Shown: positions 21,761-33,326 of the stretch, piece by piece
How the letters are laid out: every line of letters begins with the position of its first letter
Position numbering within the stretch: the stretch's first letter is position 1
Assembly: GCF_006345805.1 (NCBI RefSeq)
Contig: NC_043024.1
Location: forward strand, 2,790,001-2,854,000
Length of the DNA stretch: 64,000 bases
Source: Octopus sinensis
Taxonomy: Eukaryota
Reading direction: 5' to 3'
Translations under genes and position numbers: made by a program
The notes under the pieces: model-generated
Database searches by the model: none
The model's input: the letters and a program-made list of their open reading frames with translations, nothing else
What the model was told of the DNA's origin: nothing

Positions 21761-22208
21761 ATAACAGCTTCGAAAGAATTTCTAGGTTTTTACAACAAAC
21801 GTTGGTTTATATTTTTTGAAATCTACATAATAAAAGAATGCTGTTTGTATACCTTTACACGGTTGATTGTCAGTCCTCTAAGTTCAATTCTGTCCGTTAA
21901 AAGGATGCGTAATTAAACAGGAGCAGGTGCGACCATTTTTAAAGGTCTTAAACAATTAATTGCCAGGGGAAGTAACTCTTTTTCTTCGCTTTGCTTTGCT
22001 TCTTCAACTCTTGTTGAGGCTGTTGCGAAAAAACCAGCATGTATTAGGCATTTTAAACCTCGCAGGGCCCATTCCTCTCCGAGTCGAAGTCATCTATTTT
22101 TTTTTATTATTTTGCCCACAAGGGGCTAAACACAGAGAACACAAGCAAGGACAGACAGACGGATTAAGTCGATTATATCGACCGTGGTGCGTAACTGGTA
22201 CTTATTTA

Positions 22209-22380
22209 ATCGACCCCGAAAGGATGAAAGGTAAAGTCGACCTCGGCAGAATTTGAACTCAGAACGTAGCATCAGACGAAATACTGCTGAGCATTTCGCC
22301 CGGCAGTATTTCGTCTGATGCTACGTTCTGAGTTCAAATTCCGCCGAGGTCGACTTCACCTTTCATCCTTTCGGGGTCGA
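22209..22380. repeat. Foldback (head-to-head) family 2 SINE with ~78-bp arms
   Basis: TCGACCCCGAAAGG...GACGAAATACTGC / GCAGTATTTCGTC...CCTTTCGGGGTCGA; repeated near 35.3, 45.0, 54.1 and 63.0 kb. Confidence 0.9.
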
Positions 22381-22519
22381 AAGCATCATCTAAGCACTCA
22401 AGTCATACTCGCTTGTGAATGTCTGTTAAACTTACATACATGCACACGATTCTATTTTCCAACATCAGCCTTCATTTAAATAAGTCCTGGGGTACTTTAT
22501 ATAGTTTATTTGATAATTC

Positions 22520-22934
22520 GGATCTTTTCGCTTTGACCGACAGATTTTTTTAAATAATTTCTTTGTAACTAACACTTTTAAACTTAGTATACGGGTAGAA
22601 TGTGTTTATAAAACATCTTTTTCTCTTGGCTTTCTTGAGAAAATTCTGTAGTTTGTAAGCTATTTGCTGTTAAATTTTCTCGGATTTTGGCAATTTCAAC
22701 CAATCAATGACGTCTATTGAGGTGAATACAATTACTGCTGTTGGTTGTCAACAAGTTCAACAACAACGTCCGGTGACAAATTGAACAAGAAATAGCATAC
22801 AAACTACAGAATTTTCTCAAGAAATCCAAGAGAAAAAGATGTTTTATAAACACATTCTACCAGTATACGAAGTTTAAAAGTGTTTAGTTACAAAGAAATC
22901 ATTTTTAAAACCTGCCGTCAAAGTGAGAAGATCT
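22520..22934. mobile_element. Hairpin MITE related to the 4928-5577 family, present in every duplication unit
   Basis: GGATCTTTTCGCTTTGACCG ... GTCAAAGTGAGAAGATCT termini with long complementary arms. Confidence 0.8.
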
Positions 22935-23189
22935 GATAATTCTTCTTCATCCTCATTATTATCATGTTGAGAAGACTCGTCAAGCAAAGTGAATTCGTAG
23001 TTGTGGTCGATGCTGGTGTCACGTAACTGGCACCCGTGCAGGTGACACGCTAAAAGCATCCCTTACACTCTTGGACTGGTTGGCGTTAGGAAGGACATCC
23101 AACCGTGGAAGCCGTGCCAAATAAGATAGGAACTTGGTGAAGCTCTCTGGCTTACCAGTTCCAGTCAAACTGTTTGACCTATGCCAGCA

Positions 23190-23865
23190 AGTAGGAATTG
23201 ATAAGATGTACCCAGTGTAAGCTATGGACACATAAGAGGTGCACCAACATCAAAGGAAAATTAACTGAGAAGATAGCTTTCATGTGCGGCAAATGCACAG
23301 GGACAATAGGCACCACAGATACTCAGAAAACAGATTCCATCACACTCCAGTGGGAGAAACTAGAAGTAGTTGATAGTCTCTGCTACCTAGGTGACCAAGT
23401 TAGTAGTGGGGGTGGATGCTCAAATCTCAGAGAGTGTCACCACCAGAATACGAATAGCCTGGGCAAAGTTTAGAAAGCTCCTACCCCTACTGGTGGCAAA
23501 GGGTCTCTTGCTAAGAGTGAAAAGTAGATTGCATGATGCATGTGTGCAAACAGCCATGCTTCACAGTAGTGAAACATGGGCTGTGACTGCAGAGGACATG
23601 CGTAGACTTGAAAGAAATGAAGCTAACATTATACGCTGGATGTGTAATATCTGTGCACACATGACAGAATGTAAGCGCCCTGAGAGAAATGCTGGACATA
23701 AGAAGCATCAGATGTGGTGTGCAAGAGCGACGTTTGCGCTGGTATGGTCATGTACTGTGGATGGATGAGGAGAAATGTGTGAAGTGCCACTGTTGCAGTG
23801 TCCTGGCTTCCCAGACCCCGGTCGAACCGTCCAACCCGTACTAGCACGGAAAACGGACGTTAAAC
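23190..23865 (+). mobile_element. Degenerate RTE 3' fragment (copies at ~36250-36915, 45735-46135, 47680-48345, 55068-55735, 63945-end)
   Basis: IRCTQCKLWTHKRC...RIAWAKFRKLLPLL...RRLRWYGHV motifs with frameshifts. Confidence 0.88.
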
Positions 23866-26800
23866 ATCATCATCATTTAGTGTCCTTTCTCCATGCTAGC
23901 ATGGGTTGGACGGTTCAACTGGGGTCTGTGAAGCTGGAAGGCTTCATCAGGCCCAGTCAGATCTGGCAGTGTTTCTACTGCTGGATGCCCTTCCTAACGC
24001 CAACCACTTCGTGAGTGTAGTGGGTGCTTTTTACGTGCCACCCGCACAGGTGCCAGACAGAGCTGGCAAACGGCCACGAACGGATGGTGTTTTTACGTGT
24101 CACTGGCACGGGGCCAGGCGAGGCTGGCAACGGACATGTATGGATGGTGCTTTTACGTGCCACCAACACGGGGGCCAGACAGGGCTGGCAAACGGCCACG
24201 AAACGGATGGTGCTTTTACGTGTCACCGGCACGGGGGCCAGGCGAGGCTGGCAACGGACACGAACGGATGGTGCTTTTACATGCCACCGACACGGGGGCC
24301 AGACAGGGCTGGCAAACGGCCACGAACGGATGGTGCTTTTATGTGTCACCGGCACGGGGGCAAGGCGAGGCTGGCAACGGCCATGAACGGATGGTGCTTT
24401 ACGTGTCACCGGCACGGGGGCAAGGCGAGGCTGGCAACGGCCATGAACGGATGGTGCTTTTACGTGTCACCGGCACGGGGGCCAGGCGAGGCTGGCAACG
24501 GACACGAACGGATGGTGCTTTTACATGCCACCGACACGGGGGCCAGACAGGGCTGGCAAACGGCCACGAACGGATGGTGCTTTTATGTGTCACCGGCACG
24601 GGGGCAAGGCGAGGCTGGCAACGGCCATGAACGGATGGTGCTTTTACGTGTCACCGGCACGGGGGCCAAGCCAGGCTGGCAACAAACACGAACGGATGGT
24701 GCTTTTACGTGCCACCGACACGGGGGCCAGACAGGGCTGGCAAACGGCCACGAACGGATGGTGCTTTTATGTGTCACCTGCACGGGTCCCTGATGTTGAT
24801 CGACCTCAATTGGTTCTGCTTTCTGATATTGGTTTGATTTTGATTTTGACTGTTCTCACTGGCCTTGCTGGGTTTTCTCACGCACAGCATACTTCCAAAG
24901 GTCTCGGTCACTGGTCATTTCCTTGGTGAGACCTAAAGTTCGAAGGTCGTGCTTCACCACCTCGACCCAGGTTTTCCTGGGTCTACCTCTTCCACAGGTC
25001 CCCTCAACTGCCAGGGTGTGGCACTTTCGCACACAGTTATCTTCAGCCAATCTCATCACATGACCATACCAGCGCAAACGTCTCTCTTGCACACAACAAC
25101 TGATGCTTCTTAGGTTCAACTTTTCTCTCAAGGTACTTACACTCTGTCGATTATGAACACTGACGTTACACATCCATCGGAGCATACTAGCTTCATTTCT
25201 TGCGAGCTTAGGCAAATCCTCAGCAGTCACAGCCCAAGTTTCACTACCATGTAGCATGGCTGTACGTACACATGCATCATACAGTCTGCCTTTTACTTTG
25301 AGCGAGAGGCCTTTTGTCACCAGCAGGGTTAAGAGCTCTCTAAACTTTGCCCAGGCTATTCTTACTCTAGCAGTTATACTTTCAGCACACCCGCCCCCGC
25401 TACTGACTCGGTCAATTAGGTAGCAGAAACTATCAACTACTTCTAGTTTTTCTCCCTGGAATGTGACGGAAGTTGGTCTCAGAGCATTTTCAGTGTTTAT
25501 TCTTCCTGAGCATCTGCCACATACAAAACCATCTTCCTAGTTAGCCTTCCTTTGACATTGCTGCACCTCTTATGTGTCCATAGCTTACACTTGGTGCATC
25601 TTATAGAGTTTCTACCTACACCTTTTCTACAGATCGAGCAGAGCCATCTACCTGAAGGCGTTTGTGATTGGTCTACCTTCCTACTTATTAGGACTTTGGT
25701 TTTGGCTAGGTTGATTCTAAGGCCCTTCGATTCTAAACCTTGCTTCCATACCTGAAACTTCTCCTCTAGTTCTGATAGAGACTCAGCAATTAGAGCAAGG
25801 TCATCAGCACAGAGGAGCTCCCAGGGGCATCCTGTCTTGAATTCCTCCGTTATTGCCTGGAGGACTATGATAAATAGGAGGGGACTGAGGACTGAACCTT
25901 GGTGGACCCCAACCTCTACCCTGAATTCTTCACTGTACTCGATGCCAACCCTCACCTTACTAGCAGTGTCTCTGTACATGGCTCGCACAGCTCTAACTAA
26001 CCATTCATCTATCCCTAGTTTCCTCATTGACCACCAGATAAGGGATCGGGGGACCCTGTCAAAGGCTTTCTCCATATCAACAAAAGCCAGGTATAGGGGC
26101 TTGTCTTTGGCTAGGTATTTTTCCTGCAGCTGTCTTACCATGAAAATAGCATCAGTAGTACTTTTCCCTGGCACGAACCCAAACTGCATCTGATCTAGGT
26201 TAACTCTCTCTCTAATTAGTTGGGCTATAACCCTCTCCATAACCTTCATTACCTGATCCAGCAGCTTGATACCCCTGTAGTTATTTGTATCTAGGGCGTC
26301 ACCTTTACCTTTGTAGCAGCTGACTATTATGCTGCTACACCAGTCATTGGGAATGACTCCTTCGTGTATCACCTGGTTAACTATACAGGTGACTAGGCTA
26401 TAGCCAACGCTACCAGATATTTTGAGCATCTCTGCAGTAATTCCTGATGGGCCTGGGGCTTTCCCTGTTTTCATGCTTTTAATTGCCTTAACTACTAAGG
26501 AACTGTCAACTCGGATTGCTGGTCCCTCTGTTGGGTCAACATTCGGCAGACTCTCTTTATCCCATTCATTTTCCTCATTCAGCAACCTTTCATACTGGCT
26601 TCTCCAAACCTCTCTCTTTGCATCCTCATTTAGCGCAAGTGAGCCGTCATCCGTGCGAACACATTTTTCTCCTACCACGTCACGATTCTCGCTCACACAC
26701 TGTCTTGCTATACGAAATACCTCAAGTCTTTCATCCTCACGGCGCAAGACATTGGCAAATTTTTTCCTATCTGCTTCCCCTCTGGCTAAATAAACCTGCC

Positions 26801-28680
26801 TCCTAGCTTCCCTTCTGGCAGTCTGATACACTTCCCTGCTACCACCGTTCTTCCAGGCCTTCCAAGCCTGTTTCTTTTGTCTAATAGCCCTGTCAACAGT
26901 TTTGTTCCACCACCACGTTATTTTGGGTCTTGTGGGGACTTTGCACTAGCCACAGATCTGGTCAGTGGCTTGCAGCAGGTTGTCCCTTAGAAGCGCCCAG
27001 TTATCTTCTACCCCATGTGTATCTATGCCCCCTTCTATTTCGTCGAAGGCTTCAAGTAACATGTCTCTAAATCTCTGTCCATTAGCAGGGTCTTTAAGCT
27101 TCCAGACCCTTCTTCTCCATGTTGGTCGTCTTCTTGTCGTCCTCTTAGTCCTGATCCTAAAGTCACTGACTACCATTCTATGTTGTGGGGTACATTCTTC
27201 GCCTGGGAAGGTTTTGGCATTTATAAGCAGCCATCTTTCCCTTTTTCTGGCAAGGATGTAGTCGATTTGGCTAGTATGCTGGCCCGAACGGTAGGTGACC
27301 AAGTGGCTTGTTGGTTTCCTGAAGTTAGTGTTGCAAACCATAAGACTATTCGCATCACAGAACTCCAGCAGCCTGGTTCCCTCCTCATTGCGAGAACCAT
27401 AACCATAGCCTCCATGAACGCCATAGAAGCCCTCAGCATATCGTCCAACATGCCCATTGAAGTCACCAGCCACAAAGAGAAGATCCCTGTTGTTCGTCAA
27501 TGAGGTGGTCTGCAGTAGGGTGTCATAGAAACGGTCTTTCTGTCCATCGGGTAACCCTGGCTGAGGGGCATAGGCCGATATAATAGTTGCTAAACTATGA
27601 TGGAGCACTAATCTAATCTTCTATATTCTGTCACATACTCTGACTACCTCGATAACCTTATCTACCCATTTTTCGGCAATAAGCATACCCACTCCCCCGA
27701 CTCCTTCAGTATTCCCGGCCCAGAAAATTTTATACCTCTGTCCTTTACCCGTGAGGAACCTAGCAAACCTCCTCTCCACCTCACCTCTTGAATACAGCAT
27801 ATATCTACACACCTCCGTTCAAGCAATTCAACGATCTCACCAGATCTGCCTTTCAGTGTGCCAACGTTGAGGGTGCCAACCCTGAGGAAGTGGGAGGCAA
27901 TGGACCTAGTAGCATCATGAACCTGAAAAGAAAACTCGCGTTTGGCAGTATTCATAGACAAACAATAGAGCTCAAGTTCAAACGGCGTACGTTACAACAA
28001 GCATATCTTGCAATGAATGACCACTACCTTTATGGAAAGAGGAACAGATGGGCATAGGAGGCAACAGGGATGCGAAGTGTACATGGGGCAGAACAAGGAT
28101 GAGAAAATTTTGGACTTCCTGTAGCGGTGGGGGCAGCGTAAGACTGAAGTGAAAATGGGAGACAACAAGGATGAGAAATTTCTCAAGCCTTCCTGTATCG
28201 GTGGAGGGGGTGGGAGAGAGGGCAACCCGCGAAGAGTTTTATCCAGCCATGCAAGCGTTCCTCCTAGAGGAGAAAACTTATTATATGAAATAATAAGGGC
28301 CTGTAAGATTTTAAATATGTATTCCATTTTTAAACGAGATGAGGGGCTGATCGATAGACAATAATAACTAATAAATTAGACATGATATGTAATGCGAGGC
28401 GACTGGACCCGCCCTCTAGTACGTGAGCCAGTCTAAAAACGTGACTTCCCCACAGTCGAAGCGCTAATACTCCTGCGGGGACTCCACCGGAATAAACGCT
28501 ACTCCCAAGGTGATCCGGGAGTTTACCTGACAAGAAATATAGGTCCGAGCCTGTCCGAAGAGCGTTATGTGTTGAAAACCGGACCCTGATGCCACTCTCT
28601 GACGCTGCTACCACACAGCGCCAAAAACGGGAATCTAGGGCCACACCTCCAATGCCGCCCGAGGGGTGCCAATTCCGATA
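23866..28680 (-). mobile_element. Near full-length defective RTE-clade LINE (APE endonuclease + RT)
   Basis: GTLNVGTL...IQEVRW, SAYAPQ, GDFNGHVG and QIDYIL (APE); KAPGPSGI, QFGF..GKST, DMEKAFDRV, HQGSVLSPLLF and LCADD (RT, YADD mutated). ORF pieces 27961-27662, 27812-27621, 27608-26946, 26831-25497 and 25320-24856 are broken by 2 stops and 2 frameshifts. (ATG)n tail; absent from the other units. Confidence 0.95.
24021..24790. repeat. ~61-bp GC-rich minisatellite, ~12.5 copies of two subtypes, in the RTE 3' UTR
   Basis: Units GGATGGTGCTTTTACGTGTCACCGGCACGGGGGCCAGGCGAGGCTGGCAACGGACACGAAC and ...GCCACCGACACGGGGGCCAGACAGGGCTGGCAAACGGCCACGAAC. Confidence 0.93.
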
Positions 28681-28689
28681 TATTTTGTT

Positions 28690-29170
28690 TAACATGTACG
28701 CCAAGATTGAATCAAAGACTCACCTATGTAAGAACACACCAAAAACAGCTCCAGGTTGCTTCATATATTCGCTTAGGGGACAGCATAAATAATGATGGGT
28801 ATGGAAATAATCAGGGGCAATTGTGCATCCTTCCATTGAGCTTCACAAGTGGACCCCACCCCTACTATATGCATGAGAGAACACAAGATGTGACATATGT
28901 ACGAAATTATGGTAGACCAGATATATTTATTATAACTTTTACATGTAACCCAAAATGGCCTGAAATACAAAAGAAACTCTTTCTTCATCAACAGGCACAC
29001 CATAGACAAGATCTCATAGAATTGGTTTTTAACTTGAAATAAAATAATATGATGATGCACCTCTTTTCTAAATCATATATCCTTGGGGAAGTTCTCTGTT
29101 TTATGAATATAGTGGAATGACAGAAAAGGGGATTACCTTATGCCCGTATTTTACTCTGGCTATGCACAAA
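28690..29170 (+). mobile_element. Helitron Rep-domain relic (copies at ~36933-37410, 46160-46640; truncated at 48370-48565, 55760-55950)
   Basis: ILPLSFTSGP..YMHERTQD..TYVRNYGRPDIFITFTCNPKWPEI and VE*QKRGLP(H)ARILLWL correspond to Helitron Rep motifs. Confidence 0.88.
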
Positions 29171-30673
29171 AATAAACTCAACCAAATTATGTATATCATA
29201 ATACTTAGAATGTAGCTCCTGAGAAACAGTGAAAGTAATTACTTGATCAACGATGGGTATTGCTGCTAGTCTATATATATAAAAGAGAGATTCTGTCTGT
29301 TTGTTTGTTTGTCCAGCAAAATGGAAGTAAATTGTTCAAAGGAAGTATTATTCTTTGTCTATATATATAAAATCGAAATTCCCTTTCTTTATTTCACCGG
29401 CAAAATGAAAGTACCTGTCTGCTATTGCCTAATTTGTCTCCCCTGCAATGGCCCATAATACTATTATGGATGGATAAAAGAGAGCTGAGAAGGGCTGGAA
29501 CATGGAAATGAACAGCTTATAAAGCTAAGCAAGGTGGAGTTAATCTTTTATCTCATACTCATTGGGTCTGTGAATTGTCTAGTTTGTGATTGGGTCAATA
29601 CAAGTCTTCGTTTTAGATGTTGGACATACAAAATGACAGAAGAATACTTAAAGTGTAATACAGCTTTATTTAGATTTCACATTATAAATATTCACAAAGG
29701 TTGATGAGGTTACCATTCAAGATTTTGGCCCTTACAAAGGTGATGACAAACAATTGTGGCAATTCACACAGAATATTACACGCTTCATTTATAATAAAAG
29801 GTTCCTCTTCTGTGTGTATACATTTGTGTCCAGTTAAATAATGATTTTTGAGAGACTTGGTCGAAAAGAAGAAGTCATGGTACAAGGATAACATTTTACA
29901 CCTTAGTTTTGATGTCAAATGTTTGATTTGATTGAAGTTTGCAACATTATCTACCATCTTTCCAGCAACTTTGGTCACTTTTTTGAAGTCCATACCTCAA
30001 CTAGCCATGGACAAACTTATAAAATTAAAAAAAGACAAAAACAGTGCAGCACCCATGGCTTTCAGAGATATTTTTTCATGTGCACAATTAGTGAAGCGGG
30101 GAATAAACTATACGTTGACTGCAACCTTCAAAACTTTCAGGTTTCCCCAAATACGTCATCACAACCCCTGATGTGCCTATGCTCTCTTTCCTCTTGGTGG
30201 TTCTATCCCTGCATGCATTTCTGGGGACATTTTGTGTTTTATTGTGTACAGTGCATCTACTTCAAGCTTTCACTGCTGTCTTTAGTTCACAACTATATGT
30301 CTTCTTTCTATTTCTTCATTTAACTTTTTCCAATGAGCACAGTATACAATAAACTTATTATCATAAGACAGAAGATGATTTGGGAGAATGATTTACTAGA
30401 GATAATATAGTGATGTAGTTTCTATGCTGGATGGATGCATTTATGGGAAATAGACTCCGCACTTTGAGAGAATGATTCTCCGCAGATATCACGTTGACTT
30501 TATTTTTCCTCTATATGGACGCATTTGTGATTAGATAAGTGAAGATTCTGAGGAAATGATCTGCCGCAGATATCACAGTGATATGGTTTCTCTCCTGTAT
30601 GAATACGTTTGTGACTAGTTAGGTTTTGATTCTGAGTGAATGATTCTCCACAGATATCACAGTGATATGGTTT

Positions 30674-32035
30674 CTATCCTGTATGAATACGTTTATGTCT
30701 GGTTACATCACTATTATGAGAGAAAGATTTACCACAAATATCACACTGATATGGTTTCTCACCTGTATGAATACGTTTATGTTTAGTCAAGCTACTACTA
30801 TGAGAGAAAGATTTACCACAGATATCACACTGATATGGTTTCTCCCCTGTATGAATACGTTTATGTGTAGTTACATGAATATCTTGAGAGAAAGATTTAC
30901 CACAAATATCACACTGATATGGTTTCTCCCCTGTATGAATACGTTTATGTGTAGTTATATCACTATTATGAGAGAAAGATTTACCACAAATATCACACTG
31001 ATATGGTTTCTCCGCTGTATGAATATGTTTATGTTTAGTTACATGACTATTATCAGAGAAAGATTTACCACAAATATCACACTGATATGGTTTCTCCCCT
31101 GTATGAATACGTTTATGTGTAGTTACATTACTATTACGAGAGAAAGATTTACCACAAATATCACACTGATATGGTTTCTCCCCTGTATGAATACGTTTAT
31201 GTGTAGTTACATCACTATTATTAGAGAAGGATTTACCACAAATATCACACTGATATGGTTTCTCACCTGTATGAACACGTTTATGTCTAGTTACATCACT
31301 AGTACGAGAGAAAGATTTACGACAAATATCACACTGATATGGTTTCTCTCCTGTATGAATACGTTTATGTTTATTTACATCACTATTATGAGAGAAGGAT
31401 TTACCACAAATATCACACTGATATGGTTTCTCACCTGTATGAATACGTTTGTGACTGGTTAAGTTTTGATTGTGAGAGAATGATTCTCCACATATATCAC
31501 ACTGATATGGTTTCTCTCCTGTATGAATACGATTGTGACTCGTTAGGTTTTGATTCTGAGAGAATGATTCTCCACAGATATCACACTGATATGGTTTCTT
31601 CCCTGTATGAATACCTTTATGTTTAGTTACATCACTATTACGAGAGAAAGATTTACCACAAATATCACACTGATATGGTTTCTCACCAATATGAATACGT
31701 TTATGTTTAGTTAAGCTACCGCTATGAGAGAAGGATTTCCCACAGATATCACACTTATATGGTTTCTCACCTGTATGAATACGTTTATGTTCAGTTACAT
31801 CACTATTACGAGAGAAAGATTTACCACAAATATCACACTGATATGGTGTTTCTCCTGTGTGAATGTATTTGTGAGTAGTTAAGTGGTGATTCTGAGTGAA
31901 TGATTCTCCACAGATATCACACTGATATGGTTTCTCTCCTGTATGAATACGTTTGTGATTAGTCAAACTAGATGTTTGAGAGAATGATTTGCCACAGATA
32001 TCACATTGATATGATTTCTTTCCTGTATAATACAT
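30674..32035 (-). CDS. C2H2 ZNF D1 (453 aa, 16 fingers), ending at an in-linker TAG
   Basis: MYYTG + 16 x 28 aa; two further in-frame fingers follow the TAG, down to TAA at 30502-30500. Confidence 0.85.
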   Translation of the reverse strand: MYYTGKKSYQCDICGKSFSQTSSLTNHKRIHTGEKPYQCDICGESFTQNHHLTTHKYIHTGETPYQCDICGKSFSRNSDVTEHKRIHTGEKPYKCDICGKSFSHSGSLTKHKRIHIGEKPYQCDICGKSFSRNSDVTKHKGIHTGKKPYQCDICGESFSQNQNLTSHNRIHTGEKPYQCDICGESFSHNQNLTSHKRIHTGEKPYQCDICGKSFSHNSDVNKHKRIHTGEKPYQCDICRKSFSRTSDVTRHKRVHTGEKPYQCDICGKSFSNNSDVTTHKRIHTGEKPYQCDICGKSFSRNSNVTTHKRIHTGEKPYQCDICGKSFSDNSHVTKHKHIHTAEKPYQCDICGKSFSHNSDITTHKRIHTGEKPYQCDICGKSFSQDIHVTTHKRIHTGEKPYQCDICGKSFSHSSSLTKHKRIHTGEKPYQCDICGKSFSHNSDVTRHKRIHTG

Positions 32036-32270
32036 TTGTAAACAGTTAAATGATGGATTTGCAAGAATGATTTACCACACGTATCACACTGATGGATATT
32101 TCTTTCCTGTATGAATAGGTTTCTAGGTCTTTAAGCTTCTACAGATATCACAGTGATAAAGGTGTTCCTCTGTATGAATATGCTTTCTCTGAGAGACTGA
32201 TATTTTTACAGATATTGCAGTCACATAATTTCCATCACTTATTTGACAACTCTTCAGGGAAAAAAAAAAT
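32036..32270 (-). pseudogene. Decayed N-terminal zinc fingers upstream of the D start codon (same in D2-D5)
   Basis: Fragments CNICK, KHIHTEE..YHCDIC, IHTGKK and [16 protein letters not shown] with shared stops and frameshifts. Confidence 0.8.
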
Positions 32271-32770
32271 CAATCCTTTATCTTCTCTGCATCATGAAAA
32301 CTTCAATAATTTTTCTTCTTTCACCAAAATATATATCTTCTAGTTTAGTTGTTATAAATCATTCCTGACAAATATTCCTTCAGCTACGTTTCCATCAACT
32401 GTAATCTCTGCTGTAATTTGGAAACGTTGCAATCTCCTTTGTAAATTGAATCCAAGTTTATTTAGAATGCAAGATTATCTCGTACAGGTTCCAGAGAGCA
32501 AACACAGAGAAGTGTTGTTTATAATCTCACCCAAGAGGAAATATTTCACCTCAGCTTCATATTAAACGAGGTAATATCAATTCTGTATAAAAATTCCTTC
32601 CTATAGTCTTTAAAAGATGATGAATATATTCTGGTGATGTTTCTGTTGTAACAATTCTATTAATCCATTATTCTGAAACAACAGAAATAATATAAGATAG
32701 AGAATACATTTAAACCGTAGAAATGGCAACAGCGAATATTTCCTACATTTCTGTACAGATAAATTATAGA

Positions 32771-33326
32771 TACTCTTTTACTTGTTTCAGTCATTTGACT
32801 GTGGCCATGCTGGAGCACCGCCTTTAGTCGAGCATATCTATCCTAGGGCTTATTCTATGTAAGCCTAGTACTTATTCTATCGGTCTCTTTTGCCGAACCG
32901 CTAGTTTACGGGCACGTAAACACACAAGCATTGGTTGTCAAGTGATGTTGGGGGACAAACACAGACACACATACATATATATACGACGGGCTTCTTTCAG
33001 TTTCCATCTACCAAATCCACTCACATGGCTTTAGTCGGCCCGAGGTGTCACAAGGTGGGATTGAACCCGGAACAATGTGGTTGGTAAGCAAGCTACTTAC
33101 CACACAGCCACTCCTACGCCTTTTCCTGAACAGCTACGTTACGGAGATGTAAACACAACACCGGTTGCCAAGCAGTAACTGGACACACACACATATTTAT
33201 ATACAACGGGCTTCTTTCAGTTTCCGTTCACCAAATCCAATCCAAAAGCTTTGGTCGGCCCGAGGCTATAGTAGAAGACATTTGCCCAAGGTGCCACGCA
33301 CTGGAACTGAACCCCGAACCATGTTT
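32771..33326 (-). mobile_element. Two family 1 SINEs in the D intron (also at ~51565-52150, 60247-60830; truncated at ~40331-40458)
   Basis: Reverse complement of the family 1 consensus. Confidence 0.8.

Noticed and set aside
21734-21916. 60-aa ORF MTELKSERTITASKEF... conserved in several units, and neighbouring MPGEVTLF... ORFs
   Set aside because: Non-ATG starts, antisense to the putative exon 1; conservation is explained by recent duplication, and they are frameshifted in some copies.
27992-28704. Two minus-strand ORFs (111 and 124 aa) as an RTE ORF1
   Set aside because: Different frames, the first start lies outside the insertion in Helitron DNA, and no motif was recognised.
30662-31462. 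Long plus-strand ORFs over the zinc-finger arrays (also 31339-31626, 38869-39216, 56888-57118, 58224-59524, 9060-9380, 19097-19348)
   Set aside because: Antisense shadows of the 84-bp codon-periodic repeat; no independent coding signal.
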